Shown here in pieces: positions 14,601 through 24,284 of a DNA stretch of 64,000 nucleotides. A program made the position numbers and the translations under genes. Below the pieces are notes generated by a model. The model had not been told where the DNA came from. It worked only from the letters and a program-made list of their open reading frames with translations, and made no database searches. Origin of the DNA: Geosiphon pyriformis uo1 (lineage: Eukaryota > Fungi > Glomeromycota); NCBI GenBank assembly GCA_016748015.1, contig JAAOMT010000230.1:160669-224668 (forward strand). The letters are read 5' to 3'. Each line of letters starts with the position of its first letter. The stretch's first letter is position 1.

Positions 14601-14857
14601 AAAATAGTATTGTTCTAAATTAATTTAAACTCTATTGAATTCTCTTGAAATTATTTTTTCTGCTTTTAACATTTTTATTATATATATATAATTTATGTTA
14701 TATAAGATTCCTGGAAATTCTGCAATTTTCCAAAAGAATTCTAGAATTCTGCAATTCTGCAATTTTTCAAGAAAATTCTGAAAATTCTTGTTTTATTACA
14801 CTTATTTCTAATTGACTATTTACTTATTATTATAATTCTTAATTTTTATAAGTAATA
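11199..14857 (-). mobile_element. Internally deleted non-autonomous Gypsy element B (LTRs 11199-12015 and 14023-14857), 4-bp TSD ACAG
   Basis: Two homologous LTRs; PBS remnant at 14011-14020; PPT at ~12016-12030; ACAG at 11195-11198 and 14858-14861. The interior has gag end, protease (13088-13357) and dUTPase start, but no RT, RNase H or integrase. Confidence 0.9.
11530..11604 (+). repeat. 75-nt poly(A) run inside the left LTR of element B
   Basis: Read directly. The partner LTR has interrupted (A4-8T)n at 14340-14396. Confidence 0.9.
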
Positions 14858-15554
14858 ACAGTAAGCTTAATATTTTTTATAATAATAATTTTTTGGTTTT
14901 AAAAAATACAATAATACAATTATTTATTTTTTTAATTGAATTAATAATTAAAAATACATTAAAAAATTATGAATTTTGGCTAATTTTGTAAGATATATGT
15001 AAAGCATATAATTTTGTGGATTGAAAACATTTAAAGTATTAGTTTAAATAAAATTAAAATGTGTGACAAATTTATTAATTTTTTTGGTAATATTTATAAC
15101 AATTGTATTAATCAAATTATGATTAATTTTGGCTTAATAAATAGATATTATGTGTATGATAGACTAGATTAAAATGAAGTTTTTTTGTTTTTTTGTTTTT
15201 TTTTGGTATATTTTTTATACTCTTTTTTTATATAAAATTAAAAACAAAAAAGTATGTATAACTATAAAATTGATTCTAAATTTGTTGTTAAAACTGATTA
15301 AATTGAAGTCCAAACTAGTTTGACAATATTTTTTATTACTAATATTTTTGTTAATAATACAATTTAAATAGAATATAGTTAAACACTAACCCAATACATT
15401 TTGAATATTACAAATAATTTTTTTTGAATTAATAATATTTTAATCAATAATAACAAAACAGTAACCATTTTAATTAATTATAAAATTATAATTTCTTCAT
15501 TATTAATCAGTAGTTTGCCAATTTTTATAGTAAAAAAATAAATAAATAAATAAA

Positions 15555-15926
15555 TTTGGTTGGTCCGTGCTAAGCATCGCACTTTCATGGAAAAGAATGA
15601 ATTAATTCTAAAGGATAGTTCCATTCCTGTTTCTGTGTCTGGGCTGTCTACTACTCTTTCTGCTGGTATGATTAAATTATTAGATATATTTGAAGCTTTT
15701 GGTGTTAGTTTTGGGTTGCATAAGGCTTGTTTGTTTTTTTCTGGCATAGGAAATCTGGTTTCTGTTCATATAGGTGCTTAGTGTTGTCTTGATCGGCCTG
15801 AGTGACTGGTCACGTGTAGAAAATGCATGATTCACACCTAGATTAGATTATTCAGTTTGATGTATTGTATTAGGTAGTGTTTGGATCTCGCTCATTAAAA
15901 CTAATAAAAAAAAAAAAAAAAAAAAA
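15555..15926 (+). mobile_element. Short 5'-truncated LINE (~370 bp) with poly(A) tail
   Basis: ORF 15560-15781 matches the ORF2 C-terminus (22673-22897); 3' UTR at 15781-15900; A run at 15907-15926; inserted in an A run of the host LINE. Confidence 0.9.
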
Positions 15927-16250
15927 GAATTTCATATATATTTGGGTATTTATTTTTAATAAAAAACTTATTAAAACTTAGTTTAGCTAAAGCTTATTTA
16001 GACATTAAATTTTTTGCTAGTGTTGTTTTTAAAAAAATATTTCTAATAAATAGTTTTTATATTTGGTTTTAGTAATGTTTTATTTTATTATTAATTATAG
16101 AATTTAATTTAATTAAAACAAAGTTTAAAAACTCTTTCTTTTGTTGATCCCCTGACCATAACGAGAGTATAGAGTAGTCAAAGAAATATCTTTCTTTTCC
16201 CTTATTCCCTTCTGTTCCCTTCAGTTATTTCTTTACATACACCTCTGTTC

Positions 16251-18215
16251 GTGACAATAGATTCAGTAGGCTCTTCTGCTGGTAGGTCAGCATCTGGTTT
16301 GGCTGGTGTGGAGACCCATTCTGGCACTAAAAAAAAGGCGCACGTTGAGAGTGTTTACACTCGTGGTTCATCTTACAAGAAAGTGAAGAAACCTGATGAT
16401 TCTGGTGTTGTTGTGGATTCGTCGGCTGGCCTTCTGCCTGTGGACATGCTACATGGTGGTGTTGACAACCGGAAGAAATCTTGGGGCAGCGAAATGGACA
16501 GCGAGGAATCAAGTGTTGGCAGAACTTCTAACGTTGAGCACATGAAGAACACAATTGTGGAAGAAACGAGCTACGTCAATTTCGACGCTTCCGGGGATAA
16601 TGAACTAATGAGTAATGCTACGCCAAAGGGTTTGAGAACAAGAATGTATGTATTTGAACACCTGCCTAAGCAGCCTTCTTTCGTTGATGTGGGTGGTGCT
16701 GGTGACGTTTTGGAGCTCCCTCCTCGCACGTTCAATGGATTCAATCAGTTGCTGCCAGTCACGTCATGTGATTGGGAGATTCGGAGTTTTATTTCAGTGA
16801 AATGTTTTGCATTGGATATTGAACTTTCTGCTGTTCCTGAGAAAACTGTTAGTGATAAGTTGATTCGTGTGAAAAAAATTTTTTATCAAGTTGATGGTTT
16901 TGGAGGGGCTTCGACTCCTTCAAAATTTCCTGGAATAAGAAGGTCATCATTTACATCTGAAAAAAGTTTGATTAAGGCAAGAGAAATGGCAATCTGTGAA
17001 AAAATTTTGGTAAATGATGATCTAAAAAAAGTAAACAGCTGTTCAGATCGGGAGGTGATTGTCAAAGAAATCTCAGTGGATCTTCCCAAATCAGTGATTG
17101 AGGCAGTGTTCTCCAAGTTTGGCAAGATTATTTCAATTAAAGTACAGCTTATTGGTCTTTGGCAAAAGGCCTTAGTAGAATATAAATCATCTGAGATAGC
17201 TGATTTGGTCGCGGCTAGATGGTCTGTGCTCATGGGTAAAGATTCTGTTCGTGTGGCAAGGGCTGTCGATAATAAACAATCATGGGTATTAAGGGATAGG
17301 TTTCGGGCTTTGTTGTATACTCTTCCAAATGGCACGAATGCTCATAATTTGTCTGAATTAGTGAAGGCTTATGGTGGGAAAACTTGTTTTATAGGCCGTA
17401 ATCCAACTTCATATGTTTGTAATCAGTGTGCTATAATTTGTTTTGAAAGTGAAGCATCCAAGTTGGCTGCTGTTGGTTCGGTTCCAGTTTTCAAAGGTGT
17501 GGGCTTGCGTTGGGCTGGTTTTTCTTTGGCCAGTTGCACTTATTGCAAACTGTTTGGTCATACTGCTGTTGATTGCTTTGTGGGTAGGGGGTCTGGGGGT
17601 CATGGGAAACGTGCAGCAACTTTTCAGGATAGGGTATGGTTGGCCAATATTTATAGGAAGAAGCAGGCGCCAATTGTCTGCCCAGTTTCTTTTGGTGGAA
17701 AGACATGGGCCCAAGTTGCAGGCAGCTCTCCCTCTCGTGTTGCCTCTTCGGGTGCTTCTGGTGTTGGTTTGATCTCTGGTTCGAAGGCTTTCTCAATGAA
17801 TTTCTTCTCGTCTGGTGCTGCTGATCTAGGTGGTTGTCTAGCTGTGCTGAAATGCTCTATAGAAATTCTCTCGGACCAAGTCTCGCTCATCTTAAAGAAA
17901 TTAAGTTTCGTTGACTTGGTGTCATTGGCACCCTCTCTTTCAGCTCTTCCTTTGGTGTCTCCAACTGCCGTTGTTTCAGATATAGACTCAGATTTGGCTT
18001 TGGATAGTACGTTGTTATCGTCTGTCTCTTCTCCTCCCAATGTTGGTGAGTCAATTGTTGATTTCAGTCCGAGCAGTTCTAAGGTTTTGACTGCCAAGAT
18101 TGGTGGTTTGGAGTCGAATATGATGGCTCTTGAGGCTTCAGTTCGCTCAGTTTTGGATAGATTGGATCATCTGCGTTCTGGATCAGGTTTGTTGGCCTTT
18201 CCTCCATCTCAATAA
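16251..18215 (+). CDS. LINE ORF1 nucleic-acid-binding protein (RRM-like domains + CCHC knuckle); start codon uncertain (GTG)
   Basis: 654-codon open frame; RRM-like VIVKEISVDLPKSVIEAVFSKFGKIISIKV; CTYCKLFGHTAVDC; C-terminal coiled-coil-like segment. Confidence 0.85.
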   Translation: MTIDSVGSSAGRSASGLAGVETHSGTKKKAHVESVYTRGSSYKKVKKPDDSGVVVDSSAGLLPVDMLHGGVDNRKKSWGSEMDSEESSVGRTSNVEHMKNTIVEETSYVNFDASGDNELMSNATPKGLRTRMYVFEHLPKQPSFVDVGGAGDVLELPPRTFNGFNQLLPVTSCDWEIRSFISVKCFALDIELSAVPEKTVSDKLIRVKKIFYQVDGFGGASTPSKFPGIRRSSFTSEKSLIKAREMAICEKILVNDDLKKVNSCSDREVIVKEISVDLPKSVIEAVFSKFGKIISIKVQLIGLWQKALVEYKSSEIADLVAARWSVLMGKDSVRVARAVDNKQSWVLRDRFRALLYTLPNGTNAHNLSELVKAYGGKTCFIGRNPTSYVCNQCAIICFESEASKLAAVGSVPVFKGVGLRWAGFSLASCTYCKLFGHTAVDCFVGRGSGGHGKRAATFQDRVWLANIYRKKQAPIVCPVSFGGKTWAQVAGSSPSRVASSGASGVGLISGSKAFSMNFFSSGAADLGGCLAVLKCSIEILSDQVSLILKKLSFVDLVSLAPSLSALPLVSPTAVVSDIDSDLALDSTLLSSVSSPPNVGESIVDFSPSSSKVLTAKIGGLESNMMALEASVRSVLDRLDHLRSGSGLLAFPPSQ

Positions 18216-21200
18216 GTAGTTTGGTTTGGAAATTTGCTACGTGCAACATTCAGGATATCAATGTTCCTGCAAAGCAAGCGGATGTTGTTCGTTGGCATGT
18301 AAACTCGGGAAATATGGTTTCTTTTATCACTGAGACTAAGTTGAGATCCTCTTCTGGGCCATAGATAAAGGATAAATTTGATGGAGTGCGAATATTTTCT
18401 TCTGGCTTGGATAAGGGTTTTATGGGTGCTGGGGTTGCAATTGTTATAAACATTTCTTTGGCCCGTTATGTATCTAAGGTGGAGGAGATTCCTGGTCGGG
18501 TTGTTTCTGTTCGGCTTCTGTTTAAGGGCAAGCTCTCGGTTACTGTTTTGGGGTTGTATGCTGGTGCCTCCTCTGGGGCTAGATTTGGTCAGGCTTCTGA
18601 AGTTAACTCTCTCATTGCAAAGGCAGTCAACTCCAGCAATTTTGTTGTCTTGGGTGGGGACTTTAATGAGAATAGATCTGGTAGAAGTGCTAGTTTCAAG
18701 TTTTGTTTAAGCTTGGGTTTGGTCAATTCATTTGTTGGTCATCATTTGGCTAATTCTTATACATGGAGCAATTCGAGAGGGGTTGAGAAAACGATTGATT
18801 ACATTTTTGTTGGTAGTAATTTGTCTTCTGCTGTTGCTGGTCATCAAGTTGTCTCTGTCTCAGATTTCTTTGACACCGATCACAAAGCAGTTGTGGTTTC
18901 AGTCGGTTTGGGCAGGCTTCTAGACGTACAATTGAATAGTTTGCGCAAGCAGGTGAATAAAGATTGTTGGAAGTTCAAAATCAAGAATGCTGACTGTGTT
19001 AGATGGGCTAAGTTTAAGGATCTTTCATCAGCTAAACTTTTGTCTTTGGGTGAGGTGTTCTCTGGTGCCAAAATACATGGTGATGTGGATGCTATGTGGG
19101 CAGTTTTGGTGGGAGCTGTGGTGGATTCTGCTGATGTGACATTTTCGAGGCACTAGTTTAGTGAATTCAAGTGTTCGAGAAACAAACATTCTTCTAGGTT
19201 TTTTGGTCTGGAATTGTTGGTGGCCAAGATTGTCAAGAAATTTTGCTCTGGTGACTTGCTGGGTGCTAATTGTCTTGTGGGTAAATGGTTGACTCTGGAT
19301 GACGCGAAGGCTCATGCTTTCAAGGACTTGGTTGGCTCGGGTGTTAAATCTGATGTTGTTGTTAGGCATTTGTCATTGGTTTGCAGAGATTACAGGAGGT
19401 CAAAGATGTTTAAGTCAAGGTTGGCTGAGGAAACTTCGGTTAGGAAGGCAATTGAAAAGTGCATGGATAACTTCTGTTCAGATAAGAGTAGTATGATCAG
19501 AAGTGTGTTGGAAAAGCCTTTTCATAAGATTGTGTTGGATCACTTGATAGTTGATGATGATCTGGTTTTGTTGCCTGAGGAGGTAAAGTCCAGTGTGGAT
19601 AGAATAATGGAGAAGTGGACGAGGAAATGCTCCGTGCAGCCAGTGCTTCCTGGTCTTTGGGCTCATCAGTACACGCCTTTGGACCATGTTCGGGATGATG
19701 CTTTTTCGGGTGTAATGAGTGCAATCGGTATGGGCAAGTTACTTTTTGTTGTTAGTGGCCTTCCTGATGGCAAAGCTGCTGGTTTGTCTGGTGTTCCTAA
19801 TGAGTTGTGAAAACATGGTGGTGAGGTGGTTTTGGGGTGCCTGTTGGCGCTGTTTAATAAATGTTTGTCTGTCAGTGTGGTGCCTGTTTTGTGGAAGAGG
19901 GCTTGGGTGTCAATGATTCCTAAGCCTTATGACTGGGATAGAGTTCTTATGAACACTCGGCCCATTGCTTTGATTGAGACTGCCAGGAAGATTCTTTGCA
20001 AGATTCTGTCTGATCGTATTTCAATGGCTTGTAGCAAGTTCAATGTTCTTCAGGGTGACAACTTTTTGGTGCTGAAGAGTACATCAACACAATCTCTGGT
20101 GTTTGCTGTCAGTTCGGTGATTGAGGATGCCATTAAGAAGAATAGGGAGTTGTGATTGGTCTTGTAAGATATGCAGAAAGCTTACAATTCAGTTGGGTGG
20201 CATCATTTAAGAGCTAGTTTGTGGTGTGTCAAGATGTGTGAGAGGTTCATAAGGTTTTTTAGTGGTATTTATGAGGATAGAGTTAATAGGGTGATGACTG
20301 ACTTTGGTTTGTCTGGTAGTTATAAGGTGCATGATGGGTTGGATCAGGGTGAGGTCTTTTCGCCACTTCTTTGGAGAATTTTTTACGATCTGCTTTTGTG
20401 TGAGGTTAAGAGGCACGAACAATTGTGTGGGTACTGGATTGATACTAAGTTTGTTTCAAAATCTGGCAAAATTGAGAGTGGTGGTGGTTTGACATCGTAT
20501 TTTTTGGCTGGTGCATTTGTTGATGATATGATCTGGGTTGGGAATTGTCAGGCTTCTACTCAATATACTCTGGACATTGCCAGTGAATTTTTTGTGATCA
20601 ATGATATTTCTATCAATAGTGAGAAGACGGTAGCTATTCCTATCAATCAGGACGTTAAAGTTGCTTCACTGAACATTTGTGGTCAGCCAATTTCTATTGC
20701 CAAGAAAGGGAAAGCACATCAGTATCTGGGTATTTTTCTGTCAACTGAAGGGCTCTCCAAGCCATGTGTTGCCAAGGCTCATGCAGATGTATGTTTCTTC
20801 ATCAATGTTGTGCTTAGGAAGGCTATTACAGACAAACAATTCTCCTATCTGGTGTCGGCTGTTTTGCAGCCTATTGTTAGCTATCGCATTCAGTTCAGTT
20901 TTGTTTCATCTAATGTTTGTCGCAAGTGGGATGTCTTGGTTAGAAAGGGTCTTAGGTCCAAGGCTTGTCTCCCCCGTGATTTTCCTGATGCTGCTTTGCA
21001 TCATCCCTCATTGTATGGCCTAAAGCCTTTTGAGCAGGTGCAGTCAGAAGGGAAGGTTGCTGCTTTGATGGCGTTCTCTAATGCTTTTGGTATTCTTGAG
21101 CATTTGTTTAGACATAGGTTTTTGGACCTACAGGTTCTTGGTTAGGCTCTGTTGGATCCTTTGCAGTTTCCAGTCAGGTTGTGTGTTAGTTCGGTGAACA

Positions 21201-22897
21201 ATTTTTTGGCTGAGATGGTGAAGATCTTTTTGGGCAATGAGCTTGCTTTGGTGAACAACCTTCCCACTGCATTTTGTAGTCCTGGTCGGTTTCCGTTGTC
21301 CTCTGTTCTTGAAAAGTCTCTGTATTTTGATTCGGTCAAATCTTTTAAACATTTTGGTGTCGCTTTTGGTGATCGGCTTTTTGATAAGAAAAGTGTTTTG
21401 TTGAATTGGAAAACTTTTCGTCGTTGGAAAAGATTGGATCTGTGTGGCCCTGTGCCTCACTGGTTCATGGTTTCTTCTGAGTTTTTGAAGGGTTAGGGTT
21501 ACTTATTTTCTGGTTCTATTGGCTCTGCGGAAAAGCTTGGTTTGGACATTTTAGGATCTGAGGAATTTTCTGCGGTAAAAGATGGAGTGCATGACATTTG
21601 GTCGGGCTTTTTTGAAGTTTTTACAGATGGGTCTTTGAGGAATGCTGGCTCTGCTGAGGTTGCCTGTAGTGCTGCTGCATACTTTCCGGTCTTGGATAAA
21701 AGCATTGGTGTCGCTGTTCGTGGCCTTTTGTCATCTACTATGGCTGAGTTACAGGCTGTCGCTTTGGCTTTGGAGTGTGTTCCTTCTTCAAGTACTGTGA
21801 TGTTATATCTTGACAGCCAGGCTGCCATTGACACATGTGTATCTGAGATGTCTTTGGTTGCCCCTGATTTCCGTAATCAATGCTGGCTGGAAAGGCGTCA
21901 TATTTTCAATTTGGTTAGGAATAAGAATCTTAACGTGAGTTGGAGTAAGGTGAAAGGACACTTTGGGATTTCTGGTAATGTGAAAGCTGACTTGGCTGCT
22001 GGGACTGCCTCTGGGTCTCCCTTTTCCCTTTGCGCCGATGTACGTGAACATTTTTTGGTTGCTGAGGGTGTCGCTGTTTCTGGTAATACCCATCATTTTG
22101 TCAAGAATATTTTTCAATCAATTTGTTGTGCTTGCTGGGAAGCTGGGCCTGGTTGTGACATGGTTCCGGGTGTGATGATTGGTTGCATAGACTGGGTTGT
22201 CATGGCAAAGGTGTGGCATCCTAATTCTCATATGCTTGCTAGGTTCACTAGCCACACGTCCTCAATGCTTCACACTTATACTATGAAGGCTGTGCACAGA
22301 AGATTGCCGGTGGTGGTAAGAAAGAGGTTGTATGATAAGTGCTACCCTAGTGTATTGTGTTTGTTTTGCAGTGAGGTGGAGTTCTCTGACCACACTTTTA
22401 CTTGTGTTCATAAGTCTGGCATTTGTGGTGAGATTTTGGCGGAGGCTTCTGCTCATTGGTCAGTTTTGGCTGGTGGTTCCCCTGCTTCTGCCGTGTTGTA
22501 AGTTTTGTCTTAATGTTCCATTGATGTTGGGCTGTACACTTTGGTGTGCAAAGAGTTTGTGCTGGAGGAGTGGTATGAGGAGGCTTGTGGTATTTTTGAG
22601 GATAGAAAGGTGGCCACTGTTCGGATTATTGATTATGTTAGGTTCGTTGTCGGGTTACATTGTGCTAAAGTATGGTTGGTTAGGGCCAGCCACTGGGTGG
22701 TAATGGAGAAAGCTGGTCTGGTCTGTGACACTGGTGTTGTTTCTGGGCTCTTTTGTGGTGTGTCTTCAGTTTTGTCTGATGGTGTTGTGAGATTGCTTGG
22801 TGTGGCCAATTCCTTTGCTGTTAGCTTTGGTTGTTAGAAGCCTTATTGTTTTTTTTCTGGTCTGGGTGGCAGTGTGCAGGTAATTATAGATGTGTAA
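18212..22897 (+). pseudogene. LINE ORF2 (AP endonuclease, reverse transcriptase, RNase H, Zn finger) with ten in-frame stops and no frameshift
   Basis: APE motifs ATCN, ITETK, GGDFN, IDYIF, DTDH; RT motifs RPIAL, QGEVFSP, AFVDD, YLG; RNase H FTDGS, AELQA, DSQ, KVKGH..GN..AD; CLFC...H...C. All ORF fragments share one frame. Confidence 0.93.
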
Positions 22898-23416
22898 TGT
22901 TGTCTTGTCTGGCCTGAGTGGCTAGCCATATGTAGAAAGTGCATGAGTCGCGTTTAGTTTGAGCCTTTTAGTTTGGTTCTATGTATTAGATAGCAATTGG
23001 GCTACACTCATTAAATGTGTTAAATAAAAAAAAAAAATTCAATTTTATTTTTAGTAATATGTATAAGAAATGAAACACTGTAATTTATAGAAATTTGAAA
23101 TTTAAAGCATATTTATTTTTAAATTTTTTAAATAATTCAATTTATCATTCTTTCTTATATAATCTAAAAACTTTTAAACAAATATAAATTGAAGACAAAT
23201 TGGCTTTTATATTGTGTTTCTCTAATATATATGGCATCTTAAACTATTTGTTTGAACATAAATCTGTTGATTTATAAGTTTAAAACTGGTTTTTTTACCA
23301 TTTTTTGTGTTATTTAGTCTGCTTAAAAATTAGCTCTATTAATAATTTTCTGGCCAATATGATTTGTGTTTTTTGTAAATATTATTTATTTTTAGTTAAT
23401 TTTTTGTGCTTAGCAT

Positions 23417-24284
23417 TGTTACAGATGATTATTTGGAGTCTCAATTCAAATAACAAACCTGTAACTTGGTGCTCAATGACTAATTTGATAGATGATGGTG
23501 GTAATATTGATATGTTGTCTTTATCTGAAGGTTTTGATTGAGTCTTTTGTATAATAGACAGAGATTCAATATTGTCTTTCCAGTAACTTCCTGGAATCGC
23601 AATTCCATCAAATTTCTTTCTCAGCATGGTGGCTGGTAATCTGGCAGTAATCCCCTTCTGGTAAGCTAGCCATTAATATATATAATTTTTATATCCTTCC
23701 TTTGAGGTCTTTTACCAGGCTATTTTTGACATTAATAACTCAGCACTTAATTTCAATCAATTAGTAACTCCAAAAGAAATAACAAAATAAAATAAAAAAG
23801 AAATAAAAGAAAATAAGAAAACAATTAAAAGCAATTGCAAATTAGTATCCTGTCAATAGTTATGATTAAGAGCTATTGTTCTAGTATGGTTAAATATTAC
23901 TTACTATCAACATATAGTGTTGATAGTAGAGAGTGGATTAAGATAACAAATAGTTATTTATTGATGTGGAAGGTTGTTTAGAACAAATTTAAACTGAAAG
24001 GTCTGTCTTTTCTACTTTTAACACTACCACTATATATACATAATTAAGATTCCTCAATTCCTCAATTCTTCATACTAGGAATCCTGGAATTCCTGGAATC
24101 CTGCAATTTTTTTTAAGAGGAATTTTGGAATTCTGGAATTCTGTGATTCCTTGTACAAGAATCCTAAGATTCCTAAAATCTTGCAATTCTTCTTGAGAGA
24201 AATTCTGGAATTCCACATTTACTATGGCTACTTTTGATTGGCTAATTTATATTCTAATATATTTCTTATATTCTATGAGTAACA
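23417..24284 (-). repeat. 3' LTR of element C
   Basis: Direct repeat of 32673-33540; preceded on the minus strand by PPT AAAATGGAGGAAATAA (24285-24300). Confidence 0.95.

Larger units (their letters stand above)
16115..23035 (+). mobile_element. Near-intact full-length LINE (ORF1 + APE-RT-RNase H-Zn ORF2), ~6.9 kb, 9-bp TSD AATT(T/C)AATT
   Basis: Two ORFs, 3' UTR and poly(A). TSD at 16106-16114 and 23036-23044 (one transition); flanks are contiguous host-LINE sequence. Confidence 0.93.

Noticed and set aside
15790-15830. Hammerhead-like CTGAGTGA...GAAA in the LINE 3' UTR
   Set aside because: The core does not match CUGANGA spacing, the motif is not kept in the 22898 copy, and the helices do not fit hammerhead topology.
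16327-22703. Many antisense and alternate-frame ORFs over the LINE
   Set aside because: Shadows of the G/T-skewed coding strand with no motifs.
23382-23627. ORF inside the LTR (MLRKKF...IESLSIIQKTQ...IICN)
   Set aside because: The nucleotide blocks are conserved in B and D, but the frame linking them differs in each family, so the conservation is not protein-level.
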